DNA of 63,892 nt, the filler included, from Ministeria vibrans ATCC 50519 (taxonomy: Eukaryota > Protista > Filasterea), in NCBI GenBank assembly GCA_943704425.1. It is 14 parts of 14 records of this genome, joined end to end, with 100 filler letters (N's around TTAATTAATTAA, not from the genome) between each part and the next. Parts side by side here need not be neighbours in the genome. Positions count along the whole stretch, not along the records: positions 27,334 to 42,721 come from CALSCP010002428.1; positions 42,822 to 45,046 come from CALSCP010000052.1; 12 more parts are not named here. One strand, given 5' to 3'. The number at the start of each line of letters is the position of its first letter. Within the stretch, counting starts at the first letter, position 1. Positions 33,161 to 42,949 of the stretch are shown piece by piece. A model generated the notes under the pieces. That model saw only the letters and a list, made by a program, of their open reading frames with translations. It did not search any database and was not told the DNA's origin. The translations under genes and the position numbers were made by a program.

Positions 33161-33420
33161 TGGGAACAGAGAACGATACATCCCACGCACATATATTGTA
33201 TACTTACTGGTTGTTTAGGCTCTGAAATGTGACAATGAGTAAAGAATTGAAGAGTGAAAATGTGAAAATGGATTCGAGGTTGGTACATCTACATTAGGAT
33301 CAAATGGCAGTTGAAGCCGCTAGATTATCTGTTGTAAGCGTCGGTACAGTCGCAGAATGTGTCGCTTTTCAAACAAAGAACAAGAGGAGCCTGTAGAGTC
33401 TGTTCTGTTGGGCGGTAAAG

Positions 33421-33867
33421 GTGACTCGCAGAAAAAGAACCCTAACCCACCACGCACCGCCGCGCCGCCTCCACAAGCCCCACACCATCCAGGGCACTCA
33501 CGCCCGCCGTCCGAAACGACGCAGGAAACACGACATCGCCTGCTGCGTCGACGCTGAAAAGGCACAGTTGCGCATCCTCCTCGAACAGACCAAAGTGCCT
33601 GCCTCTGTAGACGCGGGCGCCACAGATCAAATCGCTGCGCACTCCAGGGACCGTCAGGGACATGAGCTTCATCCCAGCAAAGCACTTGAGCGTGGACCCA
33701 AGGCAAACGCGACGCCGCAAGGTCAGCAGAAACGCGTCCGCTTCGACTTTGGATTGGTAAACAACCCGTCTGTCGACTCGGGTGGCACGCATTCTTCCTC
33801 CGTTGGTGGCTGGAGTGAGTTAGTAGACGTGGGTCATGGCAGGGGTGAGAGCAGTGAATTGAAGTGA
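33421..33867 (+). CDS. Hypothetical ORF
   Basis: 148-aa ORF, no recognisable motif. Confidence 0.25.
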   Translation: MTRRKRTLTHHAPPRRLHKPHTIQGTHARRPKRRRKHDIACCVDAEKAQLRILLEQTKVPASVDAGATDQIAAHSRDRQGHELHPSKALERGPKANATPQGQQKRVRFDFGLVNNPSVDSGGTHSSSVGGWSELVDVGHGRGESSELK

Positions 33868-34337
33868 TCTCGGTGAATGAGGAGTATCTACTGTCACAAT
33901 GTCGCTATTCCATCTAATCATTCATATTCTTTCTCTGTAGATTCACGACTTCAGCACCTCACTATTCGTTTCAATGGAAACGCCAGTTTGCCTGGTTTGC
34001 CCGTCTACCTGTCTCAGCCTCTGGTATTAGCCGAACCATGTCGCTGCCCGCTTCCCTGAGACGATGGATTCCAGGTTTGAAGAAGGTTCACTTGAGAGTG
34101 TTGACTGGCAGAGAAGAAAAATGGTGCTCTCAAAGGGTTTCATTCGTAGTAGGGGGTAAAGTGACATAGATCAAGATAGATGGGGCAAGCAACAAAGAAA
34201 TAGAGAGTAAGACAAAAGCGAGATTGAGGCAGTGTGAAAGAGAGAGAGGGAGAGAGAGAGAGTGAGTAAGAGAGTGTGTGCGTGAAAGTTAGGGACACGG
34301 AGACAGAGAAACATGAGAGAGAGGGGGAGTCAGGTTC

Positions 34338-37300
34338 TCACGATGGCAAGGCAAACACGATCGCCACGTCCGTCTTCACACCGCGAGCAAACATGCGACG
34401 GCACTCGACGAGGTCGGGAAAAACGTAGTATCTCTGATGCTTGCCAGACACCAGGTTGTGGCGCGTCTCATTCAGAGACACGTAGTTGCGCAGGGACCGC
34501 CCAAAGACAGCATTTCCAGGGAGGCACACAGCAGCTGAGGTGGCACAAAACTGCTCATACAGCGCGTCTTTCGCCACCTCGCGACGCCAAGTGCCCTCCT
34601 CAGCATCATGCAGATACGTGTACCAGAAACACCCAACCTCGTCCAGTATCTGCCGCTTCACGTCCCAGATAGCCTTCTGCAGAATGGGTGGCGTGACATT
34701 CGCGTCAAACCGAGAGAGGTCGCGCTCGAGCAGCTTGGCCATGAACGCAGCAACGCCCCCGTCGACAATCTCGGCGTGCAGAGCGGCTTGGTAAGCGTCG
34801 TCCTTGTACTCACTGCTCACGTTGATCACAAGGTAGCGACGGTCGTCAATCTCCATTGGCGCGACACGTGCATCGTTGGAAGCCATGAAGAGTTGTGAAT
34901 GATTTCGGATGGTGATGGAGTCCTTGCATCCGCGCCCAATAGTGAGAGTTGGACCAGTGATCAGCGCCTTGAGTGCGGCCGCAATGTTCGGGTTGTACTC
35001 ATCAAATCTCGTGTTGAGGAACGCAACAACGTTCATGGCCCTCGTGAGCAAGCTGTTGTCGCCATGGCCCGTCAGCTGCTCACTGTCCTGAGTGGCGACA
35101 AAATGCTTGCCGTACATCGCGCCAATGATGTCCGAAACAAAAGTGGTCTTGGCGCTGTCCTCTCCGCCGCAGAGCACAAAGACCTTTGGGAGACGCACGC
35201 TGGGTTGCTGGAGCATGTACGCGAGATAGTCCAGCATGTAGGTGTTAAGCGTGGCGTCGTCACCGCATATGGTCGTCCGAATGTGCTCGAGGATGCGCGT
35301 GCAGTCACCATGGGCAGGCTCCACCGCGAAACCGCTCCAGAGATTAAAGCAGTCCGTGCTCGTGCGCGGGTAGGTCTCGCCCGGCTCCATCACGATGCCA
35401 TTGTAGGTCGTATGTCTGCTCCACTTCCACCACGCCTGTGCAACATTGACTTGCTTTCTGCCCTCGCCAAGCGCAAACTCGGCAGCGTTGGCGTTAAGAA
35501 AGTCGCTTTTGTCAAACACAATCGGAACTGTGCGTTGACTCAGTGGATCGTAATGCTGGGTGTCGATCACACACGTCTTGCGGCCACAGCGCGTGACCGC
35601 GTACCGCTCGTTGAACTGCTCCAGGCACTCGGTGATTGGTGGTGTTTGCACTGCAGCGTCTGCTTCTTCCCCACAGGATGCAGCGCGCAGGGTAAGTGTG
35701 ACTGTGGTCGTCTCGCCAGTCTGCAGAAGGGATAGACAGGGACCTTCTCCGAGTGCACCACTGGCATCGTGACACCATTGGATTGGGTCTGACAGGTCAC
35801 TGCTGACACGACACTTCTTTGCGCCCGTCTGATCGGTGTAGAAGAAGAGGCCACTGAGAGGATCTTTGCGGAGAGCGTCAATCAGTGGCGCGAGCACCAT
35901 CTTTTTGACATCGCCGAGCGTCTCGAAGACAACATGGGATGGCAGACGTAGGTAAATGCTGCGGTTGGTGTCGGAGGACGCGTCGGACTGGTACAGGGGC
36001 AGGCAGGCGACGGCATCGACGGGCAGGTTGAGGAGCGGTGCAAGAATGGCGTGGAGCTTTGGCAGGAGGTGCGTGTTCGTGGCATCGCGCAGTTGGTCGA
36101 GTGTGACAGACGCATCGGCAAGCGAGCAGTCGAGAATGAGGGGGACCGTCGAGACCGCGCCTGTGACGACCTCGTAGTAGGAGCGATCGGTATTGCGCAT
36201 TGTACGGACACATTGCGACGCTGGCTGCACGATGTACGCTGGGAATGTTCGGCCATTGGGAGTCTTCGTGTTGAAGTACCAAATGCGTAAGTCATCGGTC
36301 GGGCAGGGCACCGGCATGTTGTAGCGCGTGCGCCAGTTGTCGAGGTTCTCTTCCTTGAGCGGTGGTCGGCCCTCGACGTACGCGCGTGCGTTCTTGAGGT
36401 ACTTGCCGGGGAAACGCGGATCGTCAGGGTGATGGAGGGTCCACTTGGCACCGAAGGGAGAGTCAAACGTTGGTGGCGGAACTGGCGTACAGGTGTCGTT
36501 GTGGTCTTCTTCGAGGAAGGCGTCGCCTTCGTTGTCGTCGTTAGAGAGTGAAACAATCGAGTGCGTGAGCCCATCTTCGCCACCATCGTCGTCTTGGGAT
36601 CCATTTGTAGCGCCATCTTTGCTGCCATCGTCGTCTTGGGTTGCGCTGCCACCGTCGTCTTGGATTCCTTGGGTTGCGCTGCCATCGGCGTCTGTGGTTG
36701 CGCTGCCATCGTCGTCTTGGATTCCTTGGGTTGCACTGCCAGCGTCGTCTGTGGTTCCGCCAGCCCACTGAATGCCCTCGAAGTTGATGTCGCCCTCGTT
36801 GACGTCCGTGTCGTCTTCGTCGTCCATGGGTGTAGCAGCCCGCTGAATGCTCTCGTCGCTGTTGTCGCCCTCCATGGTGTCAGTGTCGTCTTCCTCGTCC
36901 ATGGGTGTAACAGCCCGCTGAATGCCCTCGTCGCTGTTGGCGCCTTCCATGGTGCCCGTGTCGTCTTCTTCGTCCATGCGTGTAGAAGCTCGCTGAATGC
37001 GCTCGAAGTTGTTGTCGTCCTCGCTGACGTCCGTGTCGTCTTCGTCGTCCATGGATGTAGAAGCCCGCTGAATGCCCTCGTCGCTGTTGGCGCCTTCCAT
37101 GGTGTCCGTGTCGTCTTCTTCGTCCATGCGTGTAGAAGCGCGCTCGAAGTTGTTGTCGTCCTCGCTGACATCCGTGTCGTTTTCTTCGTCCATGGATGTA
37201 GAAGCTCGCTGAATGCCCCCGTCTCTGTTGCCGCCCTCCATGGTGTCAGTGTCGTCTTCGTCTGTCCCTTCGCGCAGCGTGTCTGAGTGTGTCGACGACA

Positions 37301-37583
37301 AGAAAGTGTTTGCCGGGTCAGACAAGCGTTGGCGCTTCGTAGGTGAGATATGGCGGTGAGAATTGCTCGCTCGTCGTTTGCTCTGCTGCTGGAGAGACAC
37401 AACGCTGCTGTCACCGCTTTTCACCTTGACGCTGGGGCGACTGGGAGACGCATCGTCTTGAGACGTTTCTGATGCTGTCGCTGGCAAACCTAAAGAAGAT
37501 GAAGGGTGGTCAGAAACTGTGGTATCTGTATGGTCCGAAGGGAAGGCGCGCCGATTCTTTGCAGGAGGTTGCGTGCTTGGCAT
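34338..37583 (-). CDS. Primase-helicase-like protein: acidic repeats, degenerate AEP/PrimPol-like domain, NrS-1/DUF5906-type SF3 helicase and winged helix
   Basis: YYEVV..PLILDC..SDASSDTNRSIYL..VVFE (PrimPol-like); FNLWSGFAVEP..GD..ILEHI..IC..YMLDYLAYMLQQP; GGEDSAKT; LKALITG; LFMASN..DDRRY; YYVFPDLVECRRMF. Confidence 0.85.
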   Translation of the reverse strand: MPSTQPPAKNRRAFPSDHTDTTVSDHPSSSLGLPATASETSQDDASPSRPSVKVKSGDSSVVSLQQQSKRRASNSHRHISPTKRQRLSDPANTFLSSTHSDTLREGTDEDDTDTMEGGNRDGGIQRASTSMDEENDTDVSEDDNNFERASTRMDEEDDTDTMEGANSDEGIQRASTSMDDEDDTDVSEDDNNFERIQRASTRMDEEDDTGTMEGANSDEGIQRAVTPMDEEDDTDTMEGDNSDESIQRAATPMDDEDDTDVNEGDINFEGIQWAGGTTDDAGSATQGIQDDDGSATTDADGSATQGIQDDGGSATQDDDGSKDGATNGSQDDDGGEDGLTHSIVSLSNDDNEGDAFLEEDHNDTCTPVPPPTFDSPFGAKWTLHHPDDPRFPGKYLKNARAYVEGRPPLKEENLDNWRTRYNMPVPCPTDDLRIWYFNTKTPNGRTFPAYIVQPASQCVRTMRNTDRSYYEVVTGAVSTVPLILDCSLADASVTLDQLRDATNTHLLPKLHAILAPLLNLPVDAVACLPLYQSDASSDTNRSIYLRLPSHVVFETLGDVKKMVLAPLIDALRKDPLSGLFFYTDQTGAKKCRVSSDLSDPIQWCHDASGALGEGPCLSLLQTGETTTVTLTLRAASCGEEADAAVQTPPITECLEQFNERYAVTRCGRKTCVIDTQHYDPLSQRTVPIVFDKSDFLNANAAEFALGEGRKQVNVAQAWWKWSRHTTYNGIVMEPGETYPRTSTDCFNLWSGFAVEPAHGDCTRILEHIRTTICGDDATLNTYMLDYLAYMLQQPSVRLPKVFVLCGGEDSAKTTFVSDIIGAMYGKHFVATQDSEQLTGHGDNSLLTRAMNVVAFLNTRFDEYNPNIAAALKALITGPTLTIGRGCKDSITIRNHSQLFMASNDARVAPMEIDDRRYLVINVSSEYKDDAYQAALHAEIVDGGVAAFMAKLLERDLSRFDANVTPPILQKAIWDVKRQILDEVGCFWYTYLHDAEEGTWRREVAKDALYEQFCATSAAVCLPGNAVFGRSLRNYVSLNETRHNLVSGKHQRYYVFPDLVECRRMFARGVKTDVAIVFALPS

Positions 37584-38461
37584 TAAGAGAGTGACGAAAG
37601 GAATTGATGGGTCGTCGCACAAATATAAGTTTTGATGATTCGCGCTTGCAAAAAAAAAAAGTGTCTTAAGCGTGCTGGCTCACCATAGTCTCCCTGACAG
37701 AATTCAGTGGGTACTTGCTTGGCCTGAAAAGACAAGGTTTACGTCAATGCTTTTCTTGCGTTCTCTTCGTTCTCTTTGTACCTGAACCTCGGCGTTGGGG
37801 TTCCCATCCGGCGCAGTCGCCGTATCGAGTTTCGCACACATGCCACCCAGTCCCTCCACCACCTTGTGCAGATGTGTCTGCAGCACTGCAACCGCCGCCG
37901 TGTACTCTGCTGTCTTCTCGGGAAGTTCCTTGGATAGCTTCTGCCGGAACTGGCGAGTGTTCGTCTTGCGTTGACGAATTTCCTGCATCAATTCAGTGCG
38001 TCGCGTCTCATGGGCCTGCTTCTCCCCGGTGACTTTTAACATCGCCTCGTCAATAAGTTGGTGCGCCATAGCCCATACATCGTAATCATCTGTCTTCTTG
38101 CTGCAGACAGTTTCCTCTTGTATCTGGAGCACACGCACATCGCATTTATTGATGTCGACGCTGATCTTTGAAAACTCAGCCATGCACGTCGCAATGGCTC
38201 GAAATTCTTGAACAAGTTCACTCAACGTCTCAGTCAACTGCTTGGCCGCCTAGTAGAATGCGAGTTTGAATCAGATTATCGTAAGGAAAAGCTGAACAAT
38301 TACCTGAACTTCCCCGTTGTTCTCCAGCTCTGTCAAACGCCGCAGGTCCTCCATGACCTTTTCAGCTGCCTGAGCGGCGGCTTGCACCTCCATATTGACC
38401 ACCGTACACGCATCACGCGTCACTCCGTCACTCCGTTGCACAAGAGTATCGACATTCTGAA
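37583..38461 (-). CDS. Spliced coiled-coil protein (ORF1) immediately upstream of the primase-helicase; further decayed exons probably extend to ~39300
   Basis: In-frame GT-AG introns at 38250-38303 and 37724-37781, probably also 37645-37683; heptad-rich helical sequence; stop TAA at 37583-37585. Confidence 0.6.
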
Positions 38462-39848
38462 CTGAAAAAAAAAAAAACGCGCGCGCGTTTCAAACGAGTT
38501 TCGAGCACCATCTCGTTTTCTTTTAAAATTAGAGTAAGTGCGAGGTCGCGGCACGTGTAATGCAGCAGTAGAAGCTATATTCGTCCTATGGACCTACTAG
38601 CGGGCGCACAGCGACTGGTGTGTCTTTTTTTTTTTTTTTTTTTTTTTCACTGACGACTCTTTGGTAACACCAGCATTAAAAGGCTGCATAGCGTTATTAG
38701 ACTTTTTAGACGGGGCGATAGACAAGAACCATCGAGCGATTGTCCTGCTGTTCTTGACGAATCGTCTTGGTGTCGCGCCGAAAGAAAAAAAAAACCGGTC
38801 GAACTCACGAAGAGAAGAAAACGCGTGTTTGTACCCGGGGGTAGGCGCGCGGATGTATGCTGAGTGAGTTATGGCTTACCAGTGGAAGCCGTCGACGATG
38901 TATTTCGGCGGGACATGGGAAAAGAGACTGACTAGACTCTCGAGAGACTGGCTGCTCAAATTGTCGAGAATCGCCTGAAACGCTCTGTGTGTGCAGGTTG
39001 AGCCTCTTCACAGAGAAGCGCCATGCGAGGACTTGTGTGGCGCTGGACGGCGATTAGAAACGCGTCGATGGTCACCAGAGCGGGTTGAGAGATAAGGGAA
39101 AGCATTGCGTGCAGTTTCTGCTCAAGCTGAGCGCTATTCAAATTTCAAGGTTTTCTTGCCAACGTCCTGGTGATGTTGAGGTCGGCCCGTACTCCCTCAC
39201 CCTATCACTGGTCACCAAGCCCCTCGTAGAGCGTCTCAGAACTTCGTCAAGCATCTGCGCGACGAGCACCACCGCCAGGTGTCTCAATGTGTTTTAGAGA
39301 TGTACAGAAAATCACACTTGCTCAGCAGTTTTCTTGCTTCTGGCGAGCTAGCGACCGCCACGAAGGATCAAGACGAGGGTGAGGAGGAGAAGCCGAACGA
39401 TTGCAAGTAGTAAGCGAGATCGTTTGGAAAAAAAACAGCCATTTTCAGCCATTACGCAACCTTCACAACCAACACTGTCCACGCTAAATAAACAACAACC
39501 TGCCCCTGCTCCCATTCGGTAGTCGGTACACCCCATTTACAAATATCGGGCGTGCAGAATGAACAGTCCGGCAAAAAAAATCCCTCTCACACAAAACACA
39601 AGCATCTTCCGCCACACAAGGCATACAGCAACCTACCCCTGAACCCATAGGGCAAACGGCGCCGGACGACGCCCTCTCTGGTTTGGGCTCAGTTCCGTAA
39701 CGCAGACATTGACGATCAACACAACAAGAAAACACAACCCCATCAACACAACCCTCTCCTATGGATATACGGGGTGTGTTGGCTTATCGAGATTCGAGAA
39801 GGCTTATTTCCATGGATCAGGAATGAATAAAGTGTCGAACTGTCGATC

Positions 39849-40298
39849 GATCTTCAAACCAGGCAAACCAGGCAAAGTTTGGAATTTGCATTTTGGACTC
39901 AAGGAGGTGGTGAGGTGGTGGGGTGGTTGGCAGGTGGGGTGGTAGGCCGCCCGCCCGTATGCGACTGATCTTCAAACCATTATCCAAGCAAACCAGGCAA
40001 ACCAGGCAAAGTTTGGAACTTGCATTTTTCACTCAAGGAGGTGGTGAGGTGGTTGGCAGGTGGGTGGTAGGCGACTCTTCAAACCATTATCCAGGCTGAC
40101 CAGGCAAACCAGGCAAAGTTTAGAATTTGCATTTTGCACTCAAGGAGGTGGTGAGGTGGGTGGTGGGCGACTGATTTTCAAACCGTTATCCAGGCAAACC
40201 AGGCAAACCAGGCAAAGTTTGGAATTTGCATTTTGGACTCAAGGAGGTGGTGAGGTGGTGAGGTGGTTGGCAGGTGGGTGGGTGGTGGTGGTGGTGGA
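39849..40298. repeat. Four ~95-125-bp tandem units with nested 9-bp AAACCAGGC repeats and GGT-rich tails
   Basis: Units start TTCAAACC at ~39852, 39971, 40078 and 40176; each has (AAACCAGGC)x2-3, then AAAGTTTGGAATTTGCATTTT..ACTCAAGGAGGTGGTGAGGTGG. Confidence 0.92.
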
Positions 40299-40648
40299 CA
40301 CTGGCATTCTGGCAAAGTCCAGAGCTTGTAAGCAAAAGTGTAGTGCGGTGGTGGAGTGTGACCAAGGCTAGTGGCAGAGTTGAGAGGAGAAAAGCCTTCA
40401 GCATGTCTGGGGTGTCCAAGGTGTCTGCCCACTTGATGTGTCCATGGCGTGAAATTGTTAGAGTGTTAGCAGACATCAACAAAATCAGCAGGTCGAGGCT
40501 TGTGGCTCGCGATAAGGGTGGCAAGGCGCTGATGCGATGCGAAGGCTGTAGAAATGCGGATCTCTAAGTAGTGATCAATTCAATTTCCAATTCCGAATTC
40601 AGTCTTTTCAATTTCTTTCTTTTTTTGTCTCACTTCCAGTGTCTCATA

Positions 40649-42721
40649 ATGGCGAACTCAAGTCAGAAAAATGGCTACGGCGAGTGTGAAAAGCGTCTAC
40701 GTCCCGATTTAGACGAAGGTAGGGGTGCAGATGAACGACCACACAAGCGACAGTGTCTTGCAGCGCGAGCGTATGGGGGGAGCTCATCAGCGACTGGCGA
40801 GGCGATCAAGGAGGACCAGGCCGCCGTCCAGACCGCTCAACAGGACACGTTCGCTCGTGTGGACGGCGGCTTCCCCTCGACACAGAGTGACAAAGACGAC
40901 CACGCCAGTGACCATGCCGCAAGCAGCACCACAAGTCCGATGAGTGTGGACACTGACCTCTCCTCAACAGAGAGCCACAACGACGGCCAGGCCAGTCACC
41001 ATGCCGCAAGCAGCACTGCAAGTCCAATGAGTGTGGACACTGACCTCCCCCCAACAGAGAGTCACAACGACGGCCAGACCGGTCACCAAAACGCACACAG
41101 TACCACAACTCTAATGAGTGTGGACACTGCCCTCCCTTCAATGGAGAGTGACGACGACAACGACCAGACCGGTCACAAGAACACACGCAGCGCTAGTGGC
41201 GATTCGATGGATGTAGACATTGAGCTCCTCCCAACAGAGAGTGACATCGATGACCAGGCTCTTGCCAACTGTGCCGACCAGCTTGAGGTCAACCGAGCTC
41301 TTGCCGACCAATTTGAGGCTGACCAGTTTGAGGCTGACCAGTTTGAGGCTGACCAGTTTGAGGCCGACCAGGCTCTTGCCGACCAGGCTCTTGCCGACCA
41401 GGCTCTTGCCGACCAGGCTCTTGCCGACCAGGCTCTTGTCGACCAGGCAAACGCGGCGACTGCCACAGCTGGAGTGAGCGCGATTGTCGCAGCACCAGTC
41501 ACACCCACGCTCCCGAGTATGCGCGACACCTTGGCCACGTTTGACCGCAAGTTTTACGTCGTTCCACAAGGTGGCGGCACGTACGTCATAGAACCGAACT
41601 TCTTCGATCCTGAGATGGAGACCCTATGTACACGGTATATGACTACGGCGCAGTTCAGAGAATACACGGCTCGCGAGTGGGCTCAGCCGGAGAAGGGAAA
41701 AGCTGTCCAGGTCGGCCCATTCTGGCTGTCGCGCCCCGCCACACGCCAACTCAACGGTGTTGTCATGGACCCGTCGCTGCCACCGGGCCTCTGTCAGAAA
41801 ACCGTCACACACAGCCAGCATGCTCGCCAAATCGACGTGTTCAATACGTGGCAGGGCTTCGCCGTCAAGCCGGAAAAGGGAGACTGGAGTCTCATCGACA
41901 AGCACATTCGCGAGGGCGTTGCCAATGGCAAGTCGGCCACATACGAGTACCTTCTCAATTGGATTGCGCGACTGGTGCAAGACCCTGGTACAAAGGCAAC
42001 GACGGCCCTGGTACTCGGTGGAGAACAGGGACGTGGCAAAGGGACCTTCATCAAGGACATCGTGGGTGCTTTGTTTCATGCGTCACATTTTGTGCAAATC
42101 ATGCGCGCAGAGCAGGTGACGGGTCGCTTCAATGCGATCCTCAAAGACAAGGTGCTAGTCTTTCTCGATGAGGCGTTCTTTGCGGGGGACAAGAGCCACA
42201 CCGGAGTGATCAAGACCCTCATTACCGAGACCACAATGCCGCTCGAGCCCAAGGGCAAAGACCCGTTCCTCGTCAAAAATCGCACTGCGCTGCTCATGGC
42301 CTCCAACAACGACTGGGTGGCGCCCGTCGAGCTGACCAACCGCCGGTTTTTCATGGTTCGCGTGAACAACGACGCCACCCTGCTCACTCCAGAGTACTTC
42401 AAGGCGCTCCACGCACAAATTAAAAACGACGGCCTCGCCGCATTCCTGCACGCCATGCTCGAGCGAGACATTAGCGAATTTCGGATGGCCGCCTTTCCAC
42501 GCGAAGACGCAGAGGAGTTTGAGTGGGACAACGTGCTGCGCACCGGCAGCGCAGAGATGCGTTTCATGCACCAGCTCCTCAAAGACGCGGACGGCGAGGC
42601 GTCCGATTGGATGGGCGAGCACTCCGTTCCGAAGAGGCAGCTCTACGACGAGTTTATCGCAAAGAGTGGCTGTCTTGTGAAGTTCAATCACGAATCGGCG
42701 GTGCACAAGAAACTGCAACAG
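40649..42721 (+). CDS. NrS-1/DUF5906/D5-like SF3 helicase with a repetitive acidic N-terminus, 3' truncated
   Basis: FNTWQGFAVKPEKGDW..YLLNWIARLVQDP; Walker A GEQGRGKGT; FNAILKDK; Walker B LVFLDEA; IKTLITE..EPKGKD; motif C MASN; NRRFF. Confidence 0.9.
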
Positions 42722-42821
42722 NNNNNNNNNNNNNNNNNNNNNNNNNNNNNNNNNNNNNNNNNNNNTTAATTAATTAANNNNNNNNNNNNNNNNNNNNNNN
42801 NNNNNNNNNNNNNNNNNNNNN

Positions 42822-42870
<49 letters not shown>

Positions 42871-42949
42871 CCTTCTTTTTCTAATCTGTCTGTTCCTCTC
42901 CCTCTCTGTCTTTTCTTCTTTTTTTCTTCTCTTACATCTCTTTTTGTGT

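Larger units (their letters stand above)
29200..42721. mobile_element. Accessory, virus- or plasmid-like island carrying two primase-helicase paralogues (boundaries unknown)
   Basis: No housekeeping genes; phage-type helicases, repeat array and decayed cargo. No capsid, integrase or terminal repeats seen. Confidence 0.55.

Noticed and set aside
35882-37414. 510-aa alternative-frame ORF inside helicase 1
   Set aside because: Explained by GC-rich tandem repeats lacking stops; no independent coding signal
39849-40298. CRISPR-like array
   Set aside because: No unique spacers, whole units are homologous, no cas genes, eukaryotic context
29200-42721. Calling the island a Polinton/PLV, giant-virus insertion or Helitron
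   Set aside because: No capsid, pPolB, packaging ATPase, integrase or HUH-Rep/Pif1 motifs recognised in the available sequence
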